DNA of 60,741 nucleotides from contig CAOJPS010000001.1 in NCBI GenBank assembly GCA_948441255.1, positions 1 through 60,741 on the forward strand, read 5' to 3'. The notes under the pieces are model-generated. The model did not search any database, was not told the DNA's origin, and worked only from the letters and a program-made list of their open reading frames with translations. The position numbers were made by a program, and so were the translations under genes. Numbering within the stretch: the first letter of the stretch is position 1; the number at the start of each line of letters is the position of its first letter. The DNA comes from an uncultured Eubacteriaceae bacterium. GTDB taxonomy: Bacteria > Bacillota > Clostridia > Lachnospirales > CAG-274. Shown piece after piece: positions 32,284 through 42,387 of this stretch.

Positions 32284-33726
32284 ATGAATATTACATTATT
32301 GACCGATTTTTATGAACTTACTATGATGCAGGGATATTTTAAGACGGGAGAGGGTCAAAGACGGGCTGTTTTTGACCTGTTTTACAGAAATAACCCAAAT
32401 AACGGAGGATATTCTATATGTGCTGGTCTTGCGCAGGTGGTTGAGTATATCAAAAAAATTGGATTTTCTGAAGATGATATTGAGTATTTGAAAAATTTTT
32501 CTGTTTTTGATGAGAATTTTTTGGACTATTTGAGAAAATTTAGATTTAATGGTGATATTTTTGCTGTTCCTGAGGGGACGGTTGTTTTTCCCGGAGAACC
32601 GCTTTTAAGAATTTCAGCTTCTATTATTGAGGCACAATTTATTGAAACTACTATTTTGAATATTATAAATCATCAAAGCCTTATCGCTACTAAAGCGTCG
32701 AGAGTTGTTTGGGCGGCTCACGGTGATAGAGTGCTTGAGTTTGGACTGAGGAGAGCCCAAGGGCCGGACGCTGGACTTTATGGGGCAAGAGCCGCTATTA
32801 TTGGAGGCTGTTCCGCTACCAGCAACGTTTTGGCTGGAAAAATGTTTGATGTGCCTGTAAGCGGTACTCACGCGCATAGCTGGGTTATGAGTTTTGATGA
32901 TGAGATTACCGCTTTTAGAAAATACGCTGAAATTTTTCCTCATAATTGTATATTGCTGGTGGATACCTATGACACTTTGCATTCTGGCATACCTAACGCT
33001 ATTAAAGTTTTTTCAGAACTTAAAAAGAAAAATATGCTCTTTGATGGATATGGTGTAAGACTTGACAGCGGTGATTTTTCATATATATCCGAAAAAGCGA
33101 GGGAAATGCTTGATGACGCAGGGTTTTATGACGCTGTCATATGTGCCTCAAGCGACCTTGACGAATATATTATTACTTCCCTAAAACAGCAGGGAACGAA
33201 AATAAGCGTTTGGGGCGTGGGGACCAATCTTATTACTTCTAAAGACTGTCCCGCTTTTGGCGGAGTTTATAAACTTGCCGCTGAAGAAAAAGACGGCAGA
33301 ATTAATCCTAAAATAAAAATTTCTGAAAATTTGGATAAAATTACAAACCCTGGGGTTAAGAAAATTTTTAGGTTATATGATAAAAACACAAAAAAGATTA
33401 AAGCTGACCTTATTGCCCTAGAACACGAAAAAATTGACGAAAGAAAAGATATTACTATTTTTGACCCTTTGGCGGTTTGGAAAACTATGACGCTTAAAGC
33501 TGGAAGATTTTTTGCGAGGGAACTTCTTGTTCCTGTTTTTGTGAAGGGGGTTTGTGTTATGAAAGAACGTTCTGTTATGGAAATAAGAAAATATTGTATG
33601 GAGGAAACAGCTACGTTATGGCCGGAGTATAAAAGACTTGTTAATCCTCATATATTGCCTGTTGATTTGTCTAATGAACTTTTTGAACTGAAAAAGAAAA
33701 TGATTGGCGAGAGCAGAAGGTTTTAA
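32284..33726 (+). CDS. pncB: Nicotinate phosphoribosyltransferase
   Basis: MNITLLTDFYELTMMQGYF, EFGLRRAQGPD, GTHAHSWVM and RLDSGD. Confidence 0.9.
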   Translation: MNITLLTDFYELTMMQGYFKTGEGQRRAVFDLFYRNNPNNGGYSICAGLAQVVEYIKKIGFSEDDIEYLKNFSVFDENFLDYLRKFRFNGDIFAVPEGTVVFPGEPLLRISASIIEAQFIETTILNIINHQSLIATKASRVVWAAHGDRVLEFGLRRAQGPDAGLYGARAAIIGGCSATSNVLAGKMFDVPVSGTHAHSWVMSFDDEITAFRKYAEIFPHNCILLVDTYDTLHSGIPNAIKVFSELKKKNMLFDGYGVRLDSGDFSYISEKAREMLDDAGFYDAVICASSDLDEYIITSLKQQGTKISVWGVGTNLITSKDCPAFGGVYKLAAEEKDGRINPKIKISENLDKITNPGVKKIFRLYDKNTKKIKADLIALEHEKIDERKDITIFDPLAVWKTMTLKAGRFFARELLVPVFVKGVCVMKERSVMEIRKYCMEETATLWPEYKRLVNPHILPVDLSNELFELKKKMIGESRRF

Positions 33727-33760
33727 AAATTTGTTTAAAATATAAAAAGTCTGTCTATAA

Positions 33761-33930
33761 TAGACTTCTTTCGAAACCGCAAAATTACTCCAATCCAACA
33801 AAAAAATATTTTATTCAATGTGAAGCGAAAGGCGTTTTGCTTTTTAAACGCCGAAAGCGTTAAGAAACATTGTAGAAAATATTTTTTTCTAACAATATTT
33901 GTATCAATATGAAGTTTCGAAAGAAGTCTA
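33761..33930. mobile_element. Family-A MITE-like element, long form (170 bp), inverted relative to 25673-25843
   Basis: TA|GACTTCTTTCGAAACCGCAAAATTACTCC ... GAAGTTTCGAAAGAAGTC|TA. Confidence 0.8.
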
Positions 33931-33949
33931 GTAATAAGGAGGTATTTTT

Positions 33950-35914
33950 TTGAAAGATGACAATATTATGAAAAATGAAAAGCTTAAATATTTAAAGCTT
34001 CTCGCGAGACAATATCCTGATATTAATACAGCTTGTACCGAAATTATTAATTTGAAGGCAATTTTGAATTTGCCAAAGGGAACAGAGCATTTTCTTTCAG
34101 ATATTCACGGTGAGTATGAAGCTTTTAATCACGTTCTTAGAAATGCTTCTGGTGTTATAAGGAATCATATTGAGGAAATATTTGGCTCGACTTTGATGGA
34201 AAGCGATAAAAGAAATTTAGCTACACTTATTTATTATCCTGAATTGCGTCTTGAGGTTGTTAAACGAAAAGAAAATAATATGAATGACTGGTATAAAATA
34301 AATCTTTTCAGACTTATTCAGATTTGTAAAAGAGTGGCTTATAAATATACACGGTCTAAAGTGCGCAAGGCTATGCCTGAAAATCTTACATATATTATTG
34401 AGGAATTGATTCACGAGGATTCCGCAAGACTTCACAAGCACGAATATTATAATGAAATTATTAATACTATTATTCGTCTTAATATGGCTGATAAATTTAT
34501 TATCGCTATATCTAATGTTATTCACAGACTGGCTATTGACCATTTGCACGTTATAGGTGATATTTATGACAGAGGAGAGGCCGCTGAGAAAATTATGGAT
34601 GTTCTTATGGATTATCATTCATTAGATGTTCAGTGGGGCAATCACGATATTTCCTGGATGGGTGCTTCTTCGGGCAGTATAGCTTGTATATGTAATGTTA
34701 TAAGAATTTCGTGCAGATATTGTAATCTAAATACTATTGAGGAAAGCTATGGTATTAATCTTATTCCGCTTGCTACCTTTGCTATGGAGGTTTATAAGGA
34801 CGATGACTGCGAGAGATTTGTTTCTTCCGGAGGTGAAGACGAAAACGGTCTTATATCTAAAATGCACAAGGCTATTACGGTTATTCAGTTTAAAATAGAA
34901 GCGCAAACTATTTTGAGAAATCCGGAGTTTGAAATGGGACACAGAATACTTCTTGATAAAATTGATTTTGAAAAAGGCACTGTTATTGCTGACGGAAGGG
35001 AATTTAAACTTATTGATACAAATTTTCCTACTATTGACCCTAAAAATCCTTTTGAACTTAGCGAACAGGAAACGGAGCTTATTGAGAAGATTCAGCAGTC
35101 TTTTATTAATAGTGAAAAATTGCATCAGCACGTTAGATTTTTATTTAATAAGGGCAGTATGTATAAAGTTTATAACTCGAATTTGCTTCTTCACGGCTGT
35201 GTTCCTCTTAATTCTGACGGCTCTTTTAGAACTATTAAAATTTCTGGTGTTGAGTATGGTGGAAAGGCTTTGTTTGATAAGCTTGAGGAAATAGCCCGCT
35301 CGGGATTTTATGCTAAATGCGGAACGCCGGAGAGAATTAAAGGACAAGATTATATGTGGTATTTGTGGTGCGGAGCTTGCTCGCCGCTGTACGGCAAAGA
35401 TAAAATGACTACATTTGAGAGATATTTTATTGATGATAAGAGTCTGTATCACGAGAGGAAAGACTGTTATTATAAGCTTACAAATAATGAGGATATTTGT
35501 TTGAAAATATTGGGTGAGTTTGGTCTTTCGGGAGAAAATTCTCATATAATTAACGGTCACGTTCCTGTTAAGGTTGTTAAGGGGGAAAGCCCTATTAAAG
35601 CGAACGGCAAGCTTTTTATAATTGACGGAGGATTTGCTAAAGCTTATCAGTCTGTTACAGGAATAGCTGGATATACCCTGATTTATAACTCAAAAGGACT
35701 TGTGCTGGCTTCTCACGAGCCTTTTTCCTCTACTATTGAGGCTGTTGAGCAGGAAAAAGACATTGTTTCAAATACTCGTTTCCTTGAATTAAACGGCGGA
35801 ATTACAATGGTGGACAGTACAGACGACGGCAAAGAAATTAAATCTAGAATTAATGACCTTGAAGACCTTGTGGAAGCCTACAACTCGGGACTTATTAAAG
35901 AATTTGCTAAGTGA
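33950..35914 (+). CDS. fbp: Fructose-1,6-bisphosphatase, class 3
   Basis: YLKLLARQYPDINTACTEIINLKAILNLPKGTEHFLSDIHGEYEAF, GDIYDRG and GNHD. TTG start 8 nt after AAGGAGG; an alternative ATG is at 33968. Confidence 0.9.
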   Translation: MKDDNIMKNEKLKYLKLLARQYPDINTACTEIINLKAILNLPKGTEHFLSDIHGEYEAFNHVLRNASGVIRNHIEEIFGSTLMESDKRNLATLIYYPELRLEVVKRKENNMNDWYKINLFRLIQICKRVAYKYTRSKVRKAMPENLTYIIEELIHEDSARLHKHEYYNEIINTIIRLNMADKFIIAISNVIHRLAIDHLHVIGDIYDRGEAAEKIMDVLMDYHSLDVQWGNHDISWMGASSGSIACICNVIRISCRYCNLNTIEESYGINLIPLATFAMEVYKDDDCERFVSSGGEDENGLISKMHKAITVIQFKIEAQTILRNPEFEMGHRILLDKIDFEKGTVIADGREFKLIDTNFPTIDPKNPFELSEQETELIEKIQQSFINSEKLHQHVRFLFNKGSMYKVYNSNLLLHGCVPLNSDGSFRTIKISGVEYGGKALFDKLEEIARSGFYAKCGTPERIKGQDYMWYLWCGACSPLYGKDKMTTFERYFIDDKSLYHERKDCYYKLTNNEDICLKILGEFGLSGENSHIINGHVPVKVVKGESPIKANGKLFIIDGGFAKAYQSVTGIAGYTLIYNSKGLVLASHEPFSSTIEAVEQEKDIVSNTRFLELNGGITMVDSTDDGKEIKSRINDLEDLVEAYNSGLIKEFAK

Positions 35915-36080
35915 TTTTATAGTAAGCGAAATTGAAGAGAAGCTATAATGAGAAATTTATGTTTTTTTAGAAAAATGTCAAAAGCGCAGAAAGAAAATAT
36001 TTCAATTAACACGTTCGTTACATAAATTTTTTTGATGTAAGAACATATTTCTTTGTAATTTAAAAACAATACGATTAGAA

Positions 36081-36212
36081 TTAATTTAGCCGATAATTTT
36101 AATTTTTCTCCGGCAAAACGCAGTTTTGCCTTATAAAATTTAGGTCAAGCCTTTTTAAAGGCTTGTGGGGTGTGGGGCAAAGCCCCACGGTTTTAATTTA
36201 TGAAACGACCGT
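36081..36212 (+). repeat. Composite repeat F2 (uninterrupted C-type unit)
   Basis: ..GCCGATAATTTTAATTTTTCTCCGGCAAAACGCAGTTTTGCC..AGGTCAAGCCTTTTTAAAGGCTTGTGGGGTGTGGGGCAAAGCCCCACGGTTTTAA.. Confidence 0.8.
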
Positions 36213-36323
36213 GTTTCAATTAATATAGATACTTGCCAATTGTTTCATTTTGTAGTATTATAGGATAGTATGATTTTGTTTTGTACAATCTTATAACTAT
36301 AAAAGAAAAGAGGAGAATCTTAA

Positions 36324-37781
36324 ATGAAGGTTTTTAAAAAATTTATTGTGATTTTAATTGCTGTTTCGGCAATTGTTTCGAGCGTTGCTGTTTTTGCTTT
36401 TGACGGTGATGAGGAAATGAAATCTATTTCAATAAGTTTTTCGGAAATTAAGAAAAACATTGAAAAGAAAAATAAAGGCAATATTGTTCTTGATGTTTTT
36501 CTTGACAAGGATTTTGATGGTTGTTATGGAAATCAGCTTGATGAGGTTTCTAAGTATATTTATGACATAATTACACAGCCGGAGATAATTGAGATGTCAA
36601 AGGACGGAATAAGTTCTTTGGGTGATGCTGAGGTAAAAGGCAGAGATGGTAAGTGGATTGAATTGACTGGCAAAGCGACGTTTAAGGAAATAGAGGATTC
36701 TAATTTTAAACAGTTATTTTATGCTGTCGCGGCGCTTGATTATGATATGCCAGAGGTTTTTTGGATTGATATTGAAAAAATTGGCGTTAATATGGTGGGA
36801 ATAGGAAATAGAGTATGGGTTGCTATTCAAGTTTTCGGCGATTATGATAATTATTATTGTGATGGATATTCTTCAAAGAAGGACGTTGAAAGAGATATTG
36901 AAAAAATTGATGAGGTCCGCAAAGATGTTCATAAGGAAATTGAGGGCAGGGATATATATAATAAACTGAGATATATTAATAGTTTTCTTGTTGAAAAAAA
37001 TGAGTATAATAGACTTCTTGGCGAAGCTGATTTGGAACTTGACGACAGACTTTGGAAATGCGTCAGCGCACTTGTTTATGGAAGCACCGATTTGAAAAAT
37101 GCTTTAAATCCTGTTTGTGAGGGATATTCTAGAGCGTTTAAAATTCTTTGTGAAAAAGAAGGTATTCAATGTGTTCTTGCTTCGGGTATTATTCCAGCAT
37201 CTGAAGCTGACGGTGAAGGCGAGCCTCATATGTGGAATTATGTTCAGCTTGATAATGAAAAGTGGTATGCTGTTGACGTTACTTTTAATGACCCTATTTT
37301 TTCGGGCAGCAATATTACTCCTGAATTTATTGAGAAATGTAAATATAAATATTTTCTTATTGGTGAGGATAAACTTTTAAATATAAATAAAGACGAAAAT
37401 ATGGCTGTGCATTTGCCAAGCGGTGATGGAATAGCGTTTGTGGATGTTTTTGGATTAAAATATCCTTCTTTGGAAAAAGATGATTATGTATATGTTGAGC
37501 CTGACACTATAGTCACTACAGAAAATACAACTGAAATTACAACTATGGAGAGTACAACTGAAACCACTACGGAAGAAGTTACATATAAGTATGGCGATAT
37601 TGATAAAGATGGAGATGTTTCTGTTAAAGATGCCTCTGAACTTCTTGAAAGTATTTTGAAGGGAACTGTTACAGAGCACCATAAAAAATATGGAAATCTT
37701 GATAAAAGCAATACCGAGTTGACTGCCGCTGATGTTTCAATTGTGCTTCAGATTGCGCTTGATAATATTTCTTATGAATAG
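36324..37781 (+). CDS. Secreted transglutaminase-like (Cys-His-Asp) protein with a C-terminal dockerin
   Basis: It has a signal peptide. The catalytic context is CEGYSRAF (Cys), HMWNYVQL (His) and AVDVTFND (Asp). A Thr/Glu linker precedes the dockerin YGDIDKDGDVSVKDASELL...LTAADVSIVLQIAL (~37584-37778). Confidence 0.8.
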   Translation: MKVFKKFIVILIAVSAIVSSVAVFAFDGDEEMKSISISFSEIKKNIEKKNKGNIVLDVFLDKDFDGCYGNQLDEVSKYIYDIITQPEIIEMSKDGISSLGDAEVKGRDGKWIELTGKATFKEIEDSNFKQLFYAVAALDYDMPEVFWIDIEKIGVNMVGIGNRVWVAIQVFGDYDNYYCDGYSSKKDVERDIEKIDEVRKDVHKEIEGRDIYNKLRYINSFLVEKNEYNRLLGEADLELDDRLWKCVSALVYGSTDLKNALNPVCEGYSRAFKILCEKEGIQCVLASGIIPASEADGEGEPHMWNYVQLDNEKWYAVDVTFNDPIFSGSNITPEFIEKCKYKYFLIGEDKLLNINKDENMAVHLPSGDGIAFVDVFGLKYPSLEKDDYVYVEPDTIVTTENTTEITTMESTTETTTEEVTYKYGDIDKDGDVSVKDASELLESILKGTVTEHHKKYGNLDKSNTELTAADVSIVLQIALDNISYE

Positions 37782-38007
37782 ACTTCTTTCGAAACCGCAA
37801 AATTACTCCAATCCAACAAAAAAATATTTTATTCAATAGTCAGCGCTTTTGCTGTGCAAAAGCCGGCTTTGCCGTCCGCACTTCTTTGCGGCGCTAATTT
37901 AGCGAAAGGCATTTTGCTTTTTAAATGCCGAAAGCGTTAAGAAACATTGTAGAAAATATTTTTTTCTAACAATATTTGTATCAATATGGAGTTTCGAAAG
38001 AAGTCTA
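37779..38007. mobile_element. Family-A MITE-like element, long form, carrying a nested family-B variant (37837-37894)
   Basis: Its first three nt (TAG) are the stop codon of the preceding gene. The interior equals 33761-33930 plus a 58-bp insert TAGTCAGCGCTTTTGCTGTGCAAAAGCCGGCTTTGCCGTCCGCACTTCTTTGCGGCGC. Confidence 0.8.
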
Positions 38008-38009
38008 AT

Positions 38010-38067
38010 AAAGGAAATACCGACAAATTAAAAAATTATTTTTAATATCCTTCGTGCGGTGTTTCAT
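38010..38067. repeat. Family-E palindromic unit
   Basis: AAAGGAAATACCGACAAATTAAAAAATTATTTTTAATATCCTTCGTGCGGTGTTTCAT. Confidence 0.75.
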
Positions 38068-38115
38068 AATGGTGTTTATTTAAAGCGATTTATTTTTTTG
38101 AAAGGATTTTTTAAA

Positions 38116-39273
38116 ATGTCAGATAAAATAAAAGTTATGAGTATTTTTGGAACAAGACCCGAGGCTACTAAAATGGCCCCTCTTATTAAGGTTATGGAAG
38201 AAAACGAGCATATTGAGCCTATTGTGTGCGTTACCGCTCAGCACAGGCAGATGCTTGACCAGGTGCTTGATATTTTTAAAATTAAACCTCATTATGACTT
38301 GGACATTATGACGCAAAAACAAACTCTTACAGATATTACTACAAGGGCTTTGGCTGGGCTTGAAAAGGTTATGAAAGAGGCGAAGCCGGATATTGTTCTT
38401 GTACATGGGGATACTACAACTACTTTCGCTGGTTCTTTGGCGGCGTTTTACAGTCAGATTAAGACGGGTCACGTTGAGGCGGGGCTTAGAACTTATGATA
38501 AATTTCAGCCTTTTCCGGAGGAAATGAACAGAAAACTTACTGGCGCTATGGCTGATTTGCATTTCGCTCCTACCATTCTTGCTAAAGAACATTTGCTTAA
38601 AGAGAATGTTGATGAGAAAAGTATTTTTATTACAGGAAACACTGCTGTTGACTGTCTTAAAACAACTATTGAGGAGAATTATAAATTTTCTCTTGATGAA
38701 CTTAATAATATTGATTATAAAAATAAAAGAGTTATAACAATGACGGCTCATAGAAGAGAAAATCTTGGAGAACCCCTTGAAAATATTTGCAGGGCAGTTC
38801 TCAAAATTGTTGAGGATAACTATGATGTTGAGGTTGTTTATGCTGTTCATTTTAATCCTCTTGTGCAGAAAACGGCGAGAAAAATTCTTGGAAATCATCC
38901 TAGAGTGCATTTGACTGACCCTATCGATATGAAAGATATGCACAATCTTATGAATTTATCTTATTTGGTTATGACAGATTCCGGCGGTTTGCAGGAAGAA
39001 GTTCCGTCTATGAATAAGCCGGTTTTGGTGCTGAGGAATGTGACGGAAAGACCAGAGGGGGTTGACGCTGGTACTCTTAGGCTTGCGGGAGTTGAGGAGA
39101 ACAGTATTTACAAAGAAGCTGATATAATACTTAATGATAGAGATGTTTATGAAAAAATGGCAAAGGCAAAAAATCCTTTTGGCGACGGTTTTGCCGCTGA
39201 GAGAATTGTTGACGCTGTTTTATACCATTTTGGCATTATTCAGAAAAGACCAGAAGATTATTGTATTCTTTGA
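38116..39273 (+). CDS. wecB: UDP-N-acetylglucosamine 2-epimerase (non-hydrolysing)
   Basis: IKVMSIFGTRPEATKMAPL, VLVHGDTTT, HVEAGLRT and DSGGLQEE. Confidence 0.9.
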   Translation: MSDKIKVMSIFGTRPEATKMAPLIKVMEENEHIEPIVCVTAQHRQMLDQVLDIFKIKPHYDLDIMTQKQTLTDITTRALAGLEKVMKEAKPDIVLVHGDTTTTFAGSLAAFYSQIKTGHVEAGLRTYDKFQPFPEEMNRKLTGAMADLHFAPTILAKEHLLKENVDEKSIFITGNTAVDCLKTTIEENYKFSLDELNNIDYKNKRVITMTAHRRENLGEPLENICRAVLKIVEDNYDVEVVYAVHFNPLVQKTARKILGNHPRVHLTDPIDMKDMHNLMNLSYLVMTDSGGLQEEVPSMNKPVLVLRNVTERPEGVDAGTLRLAGVEENSIYKEADIILNDRDVYEKMAKAKNPFGDGFAAERIVDAVLYHFGIIQKRPEDYCIL

Positions 39274-39293
39274 TTTTTTAAGGAGGGTTTTGA

Positions 39294-39563
39294 TTGCGGA
39301 AAGATATTATGAAAGCACTCGCTATGCTTACACAAGTGGGAATTTCTATGATTGTTCCTATATTTCTTTGCGTTTGGGTTGGAAAAGCTTTGGACAAAGC
39401 ATTTGATACGGGAGTTTTATTTTTGCTTGTTTTTATTGTTTTGGGCGTTGGAGCCGCTTTCAGAACCCTTTATATGATGACTGTTTTTAAATATAAGAAA
39501 AAGGCGGAGGAAGAACAAAAAAGACTTGATATGTTTAAAGGACGTTCTTCTGATGAAAAATAA
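39294..39563 (+). CDS. atpZ: AtpZ/AtpI-family small membrane protein of the ATP synthase operon
   Basis: ALAMLTQVGISMIVPIFLCVWVGKALD plus a second TM segment. It lies immediately upstream of atpI. Confidence 0.7.
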   Translation: MRKDIMKALAMLTQVGISMIVPIFLCVWVGKALDKAFDTGVLFLLVFIVLGVGAAFRTLYMMTVFKYKKKAEEEQKRLDMFKGRSSDEK

Positions 39564-39586
39564 ATTTATTTTTGGATGTGTTGATT

Positions 39587-39991
39587 ATGTTTAAATTATC
39601 CGATACAAGCAAAAGGCTTGTTAAAGTTATGCTTGCTATTTCTTTGATTGGTTTGGGCGCTGGTGTTATTATTACTCAAATATGGTTTCCGTCTGAAACT
39701 TTTAAATATGTATATGGAACTGTTTTTGGTATGATATTTTCGGTGCTTAAATTGATGCTCCTTGAAAGAACGCTGAATAAATCCGCTGATTTTCCAGAGG
39801 GCCAGGCTCAAAATTATGTAAGGCTTCATTATATGCTTAGATACTTTCTTACTGGCGCTGTTTTGGTTGTTGCCGCTGTAAAGGGAGGGGTTTCCTCTAT
39901 TTTAGGGGTTGTGGTTTGTTTGGCGTCTTTAAGACCGGCGGTTCATATTGTGAACTGGCAATATAAAAAACAAGAAAAACAGGATTTTTAA
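39587..39991 (+). CDS. atpI: ATP synthase subunit I
   Basis: A four-TM small protein at the operon position before atpB. The start is uncertain (TTG 39572 or ATG 39587). Confidence 0.65.
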   Translation: MFKLSDTSKRLVKVMLAISLIGLGAGVIITQIWFPSETFKYVYGTVFGMIFSVLKLMLLERTLNKSADFPEGQAQNYVRLHYMLRYFLTGAVLVVAAVKGGVSSILGVVVCLASLRPAVHIVNWQYKKQEKQDF

Positions 39992-40057
39992 AAATTGATG
40001 TCTATAGGGAATTGATTCACGGAAATTAATTTTCACGTCCGCCGCAGGCGATTTAAA

Positions 40058-40498
40058 GTTTTTGGGCAAGCCTTTTTCAATATGTGCCGCAAAGAAGTGC
40101 GGACGGCTTGCGGTTTCGGGCAGCGCCCGACTAATATTTTAAATAAAATTATATTAACGTGAGTTCGATGAAATTTTATATTAATTTGACCCTTTTTCTA
40201 TCGAAACGGGAACGCTTTCCCGATAAAAAGGGTCCAAACCCCCAAAAATGCTCCCTGCGCATTAAAAACCTTGAGGTTTCACCCTGGCTGCATGGGCGAG
40301 CAACAAAATCTTTGATTTTGTGACCAGCCTCAAACTCCACAAACATAGTCAGTGTTTTTGGCTTCGCCAAAAATCGGCTTACGCCGACCGCACTTCTTTG
40401 CGGCACATATTGAAAAAAGTTTGACAAAAACTTTTGCGCGAAACTATGTTTCGCTGAGGTTCACTGTAATTTTTCACCGAACTCACGTTATATTATAA
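40058..40498. repeat. Repeat mosaic in the atpI-atpB spacer
   Basis: All elements read directly. They are a divergent family-B unit (40084-40134, inverted) and a ~350-bp segment bounded by inverted repeats AACGTGAGTTCG / CGAACTCACGTT (40149-40167 and 40478-40498). That segment contains a 47-nt long hairpin (40188-40234), a canonical B unit (40346-40406) and a D module (40417-40462). Confidence 0.75.
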
Positions 40499-40718
40499 AA
40501 AATAAAAAATTCTGTTTAATTTTTCAAAAATTGATTTCCGTGGGATTGATTTTTTAGATATTGCATTTTTATGATTTTAGTGATAAAATTTTATCAAAAG
40601 GGTTTTTTAGGAATAAATATGCTTTTAGACCTTTTTATGTTTATTTTAGTTCTTCTGGAGGGTAAATTATTGCTCTTCTTTAGATAATCAAAAAAATGAG
40701 GAAGGAGGTATAATTACC

Positions 40719-41492
40719 ATGAATTTTAGTGTTGGACTCATTAAGGAGATGTCTACAATGACGGAAGGCATTACTGAAGCTGTTTCTGAAGCCGCTGAAA
40801 GCGGTCTTAATATTCAAAATCACGTGCTTTGCTCTGATTTTCTTGGAACGGGTTTCAGAATTACCTATACAACTATGAACACCTGGATTATTATGGGCGT
40901 TCTTATTTTGTTTGCTGTTATTGTAAGGATTAAGCTGAATAAATTCAAGGCTGTACCTGAGTCGGGCTTTCAGAATTTTATCGAGGCCATTGTTGAGGCT
41001 ATGGATAATTTTGTTGGCTCAAATATGGGTGAAAAGTATAGTTACTTTGGAAACTGGTTTTTTGGAGTGTTTGTATTTATTTTAATCTCTAATCTTATTG
41101 GTCTTTTAGGTTTTAGAGCGCCTACGGCGGATTTGGCTACTACAGCCTGCCTAGGTTTCTCTACTTTTTTCCTTATCCATTTTATGGGAATTATCAAAGG
41201 TAAAAAAGAATACTTTAAAGGCTATTTTGAGCCGTTTCCGTTTTGGCTGCCTATGAATATTATCAGTGAACTGGCAACTCCTGTTTCTTTGAGTTTCCGT
41301 CTTTTTGGTAATATCCTTGGCGGTTCTATTATTATGGGATTGTTCTATACTTTACCTGCTTATGTTAAAGTTGGTATCCCTGCTGCGCTTCATATTTATT
41401 TTGATGTTTTTGCCGGTTGTTTGCAGACGTTTATATTCGTTATGCTGAGTATGTCTTTTATTGCCGACAAAATACCTGATGAAACAAAGTAG
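40719..41492 (+). CDS. atpB: F0F1 ATP synthase subunit a
   Basis: SFRLFGNILGG motif, multi-TM, good RBS. Confidence 0.95.
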   Translation: MNFSVGLIKEMSTMTEGITEAVSEAAESGLNIQNHVLCSDFLGTGFRITYTTMNTWIIMGVLILFAVIVRIKLNKFKAVPESGFQNFIEAIVEAMDNFVGSNMGEKYSYFGNWFFGVFVFILISNLIGLLGFRAPTADLATTACLGFSTFFLIHFMGIIKGKKEYFKGYFEPFPFWLPMNIISELATPVSLSFRLFGNILGGSIIMGLFYTLPAYVKVGIPAALHIYFDVFAGCLQTFIFVMLSMSFIADKIPDETK

Positions 41493-41517
41493 TTGTATCT
41501 AAATTTTTTATTTTTAA

Positions 41518-41817
<300 letters not shown>

Positions 41818-41868
41818 TATTCTGAAAATAAGACCTTATAATTAAAACCGAAAGGAGGTTTCCGTCTT

Positions 41869-42387
41869 TTGGAAGATTTTATACTTAGTTTAGACATAAA
41901 CTTGCTTAAAGATGTGGCTTTTCAGCTTTTAAATACGGTTATTCTCTGTGCTGTTTTATCTTATCTTCTTTATAAGCCCGTTAAAAACTTTCTTGCCGCC
42001 AGACGAGAGAGAATAGCGGGGCAGATTGATTCTGCTGAAAATCAGCTTGCGGAAGCTAATAAAATGAAAGCTTTGTATGAGGAAAAGCTTAAATCTATTG
42101 ATAAAGAAAGAGAAAATATTTTGAGCGACGCGAGAACAAAGGCTGTTAAAAGAGAACAGGAAATTATCGCGGAGGCTAAAGAAGAGGCTGACGCTCTTAA
42201 AAACAGAGCTATGGTCGATATTCAGAGAGAACAGGAAAAAGCCAAGGACGAAATCAAAAAGCAGATTATTGAAGTTTCTTCTATTATGGCAAGTAAGTTT
42301 GTTGCCGTTTCCATTAACCAAAGTCAGCAGGATAAACTGGTTGATGAGGTTATTTCAGATTTGGGGGAAGTTAAATGGCTCAGTTAG
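41869..42387 (+). CDS. atpF: F0F1 ATP synthase subunit b
   Basis: TTG start after AAAGGAGG. An N-terminal TM segment is followed by a long charged helix. Confidence 0.9.
   Translation: MEDFILSLDINLLKDVAFQLLNTVILCAVLSYLLYKPVKNFLAARRERIAGQIDSAENQLAEANKMKALYEEKLKSIDKERENILSDARTKAVKREQEIIAEAKEEADALKNRAMVDIQREQEKAKDEIKKQIIEVSSIMASKFVAVSINQSQQDKLVDEVISDLGEVKWLS

Noticed and set aside
38119-38943. Long antisense ORFs were examined inside wecB (274 aa), atpA (160 and 175 aa), atpD (174 and 119 aa), fbp (133-139 aa), the pectinesterase gene and dapL.
   Set aside because: Each is fully embedded opposite a gene with unmistakable conserved motifs. Their composition is biased to Asn, Ser, Arg, Phe and Lys, and they have no RBS. 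This is typical of shadow ORFs.
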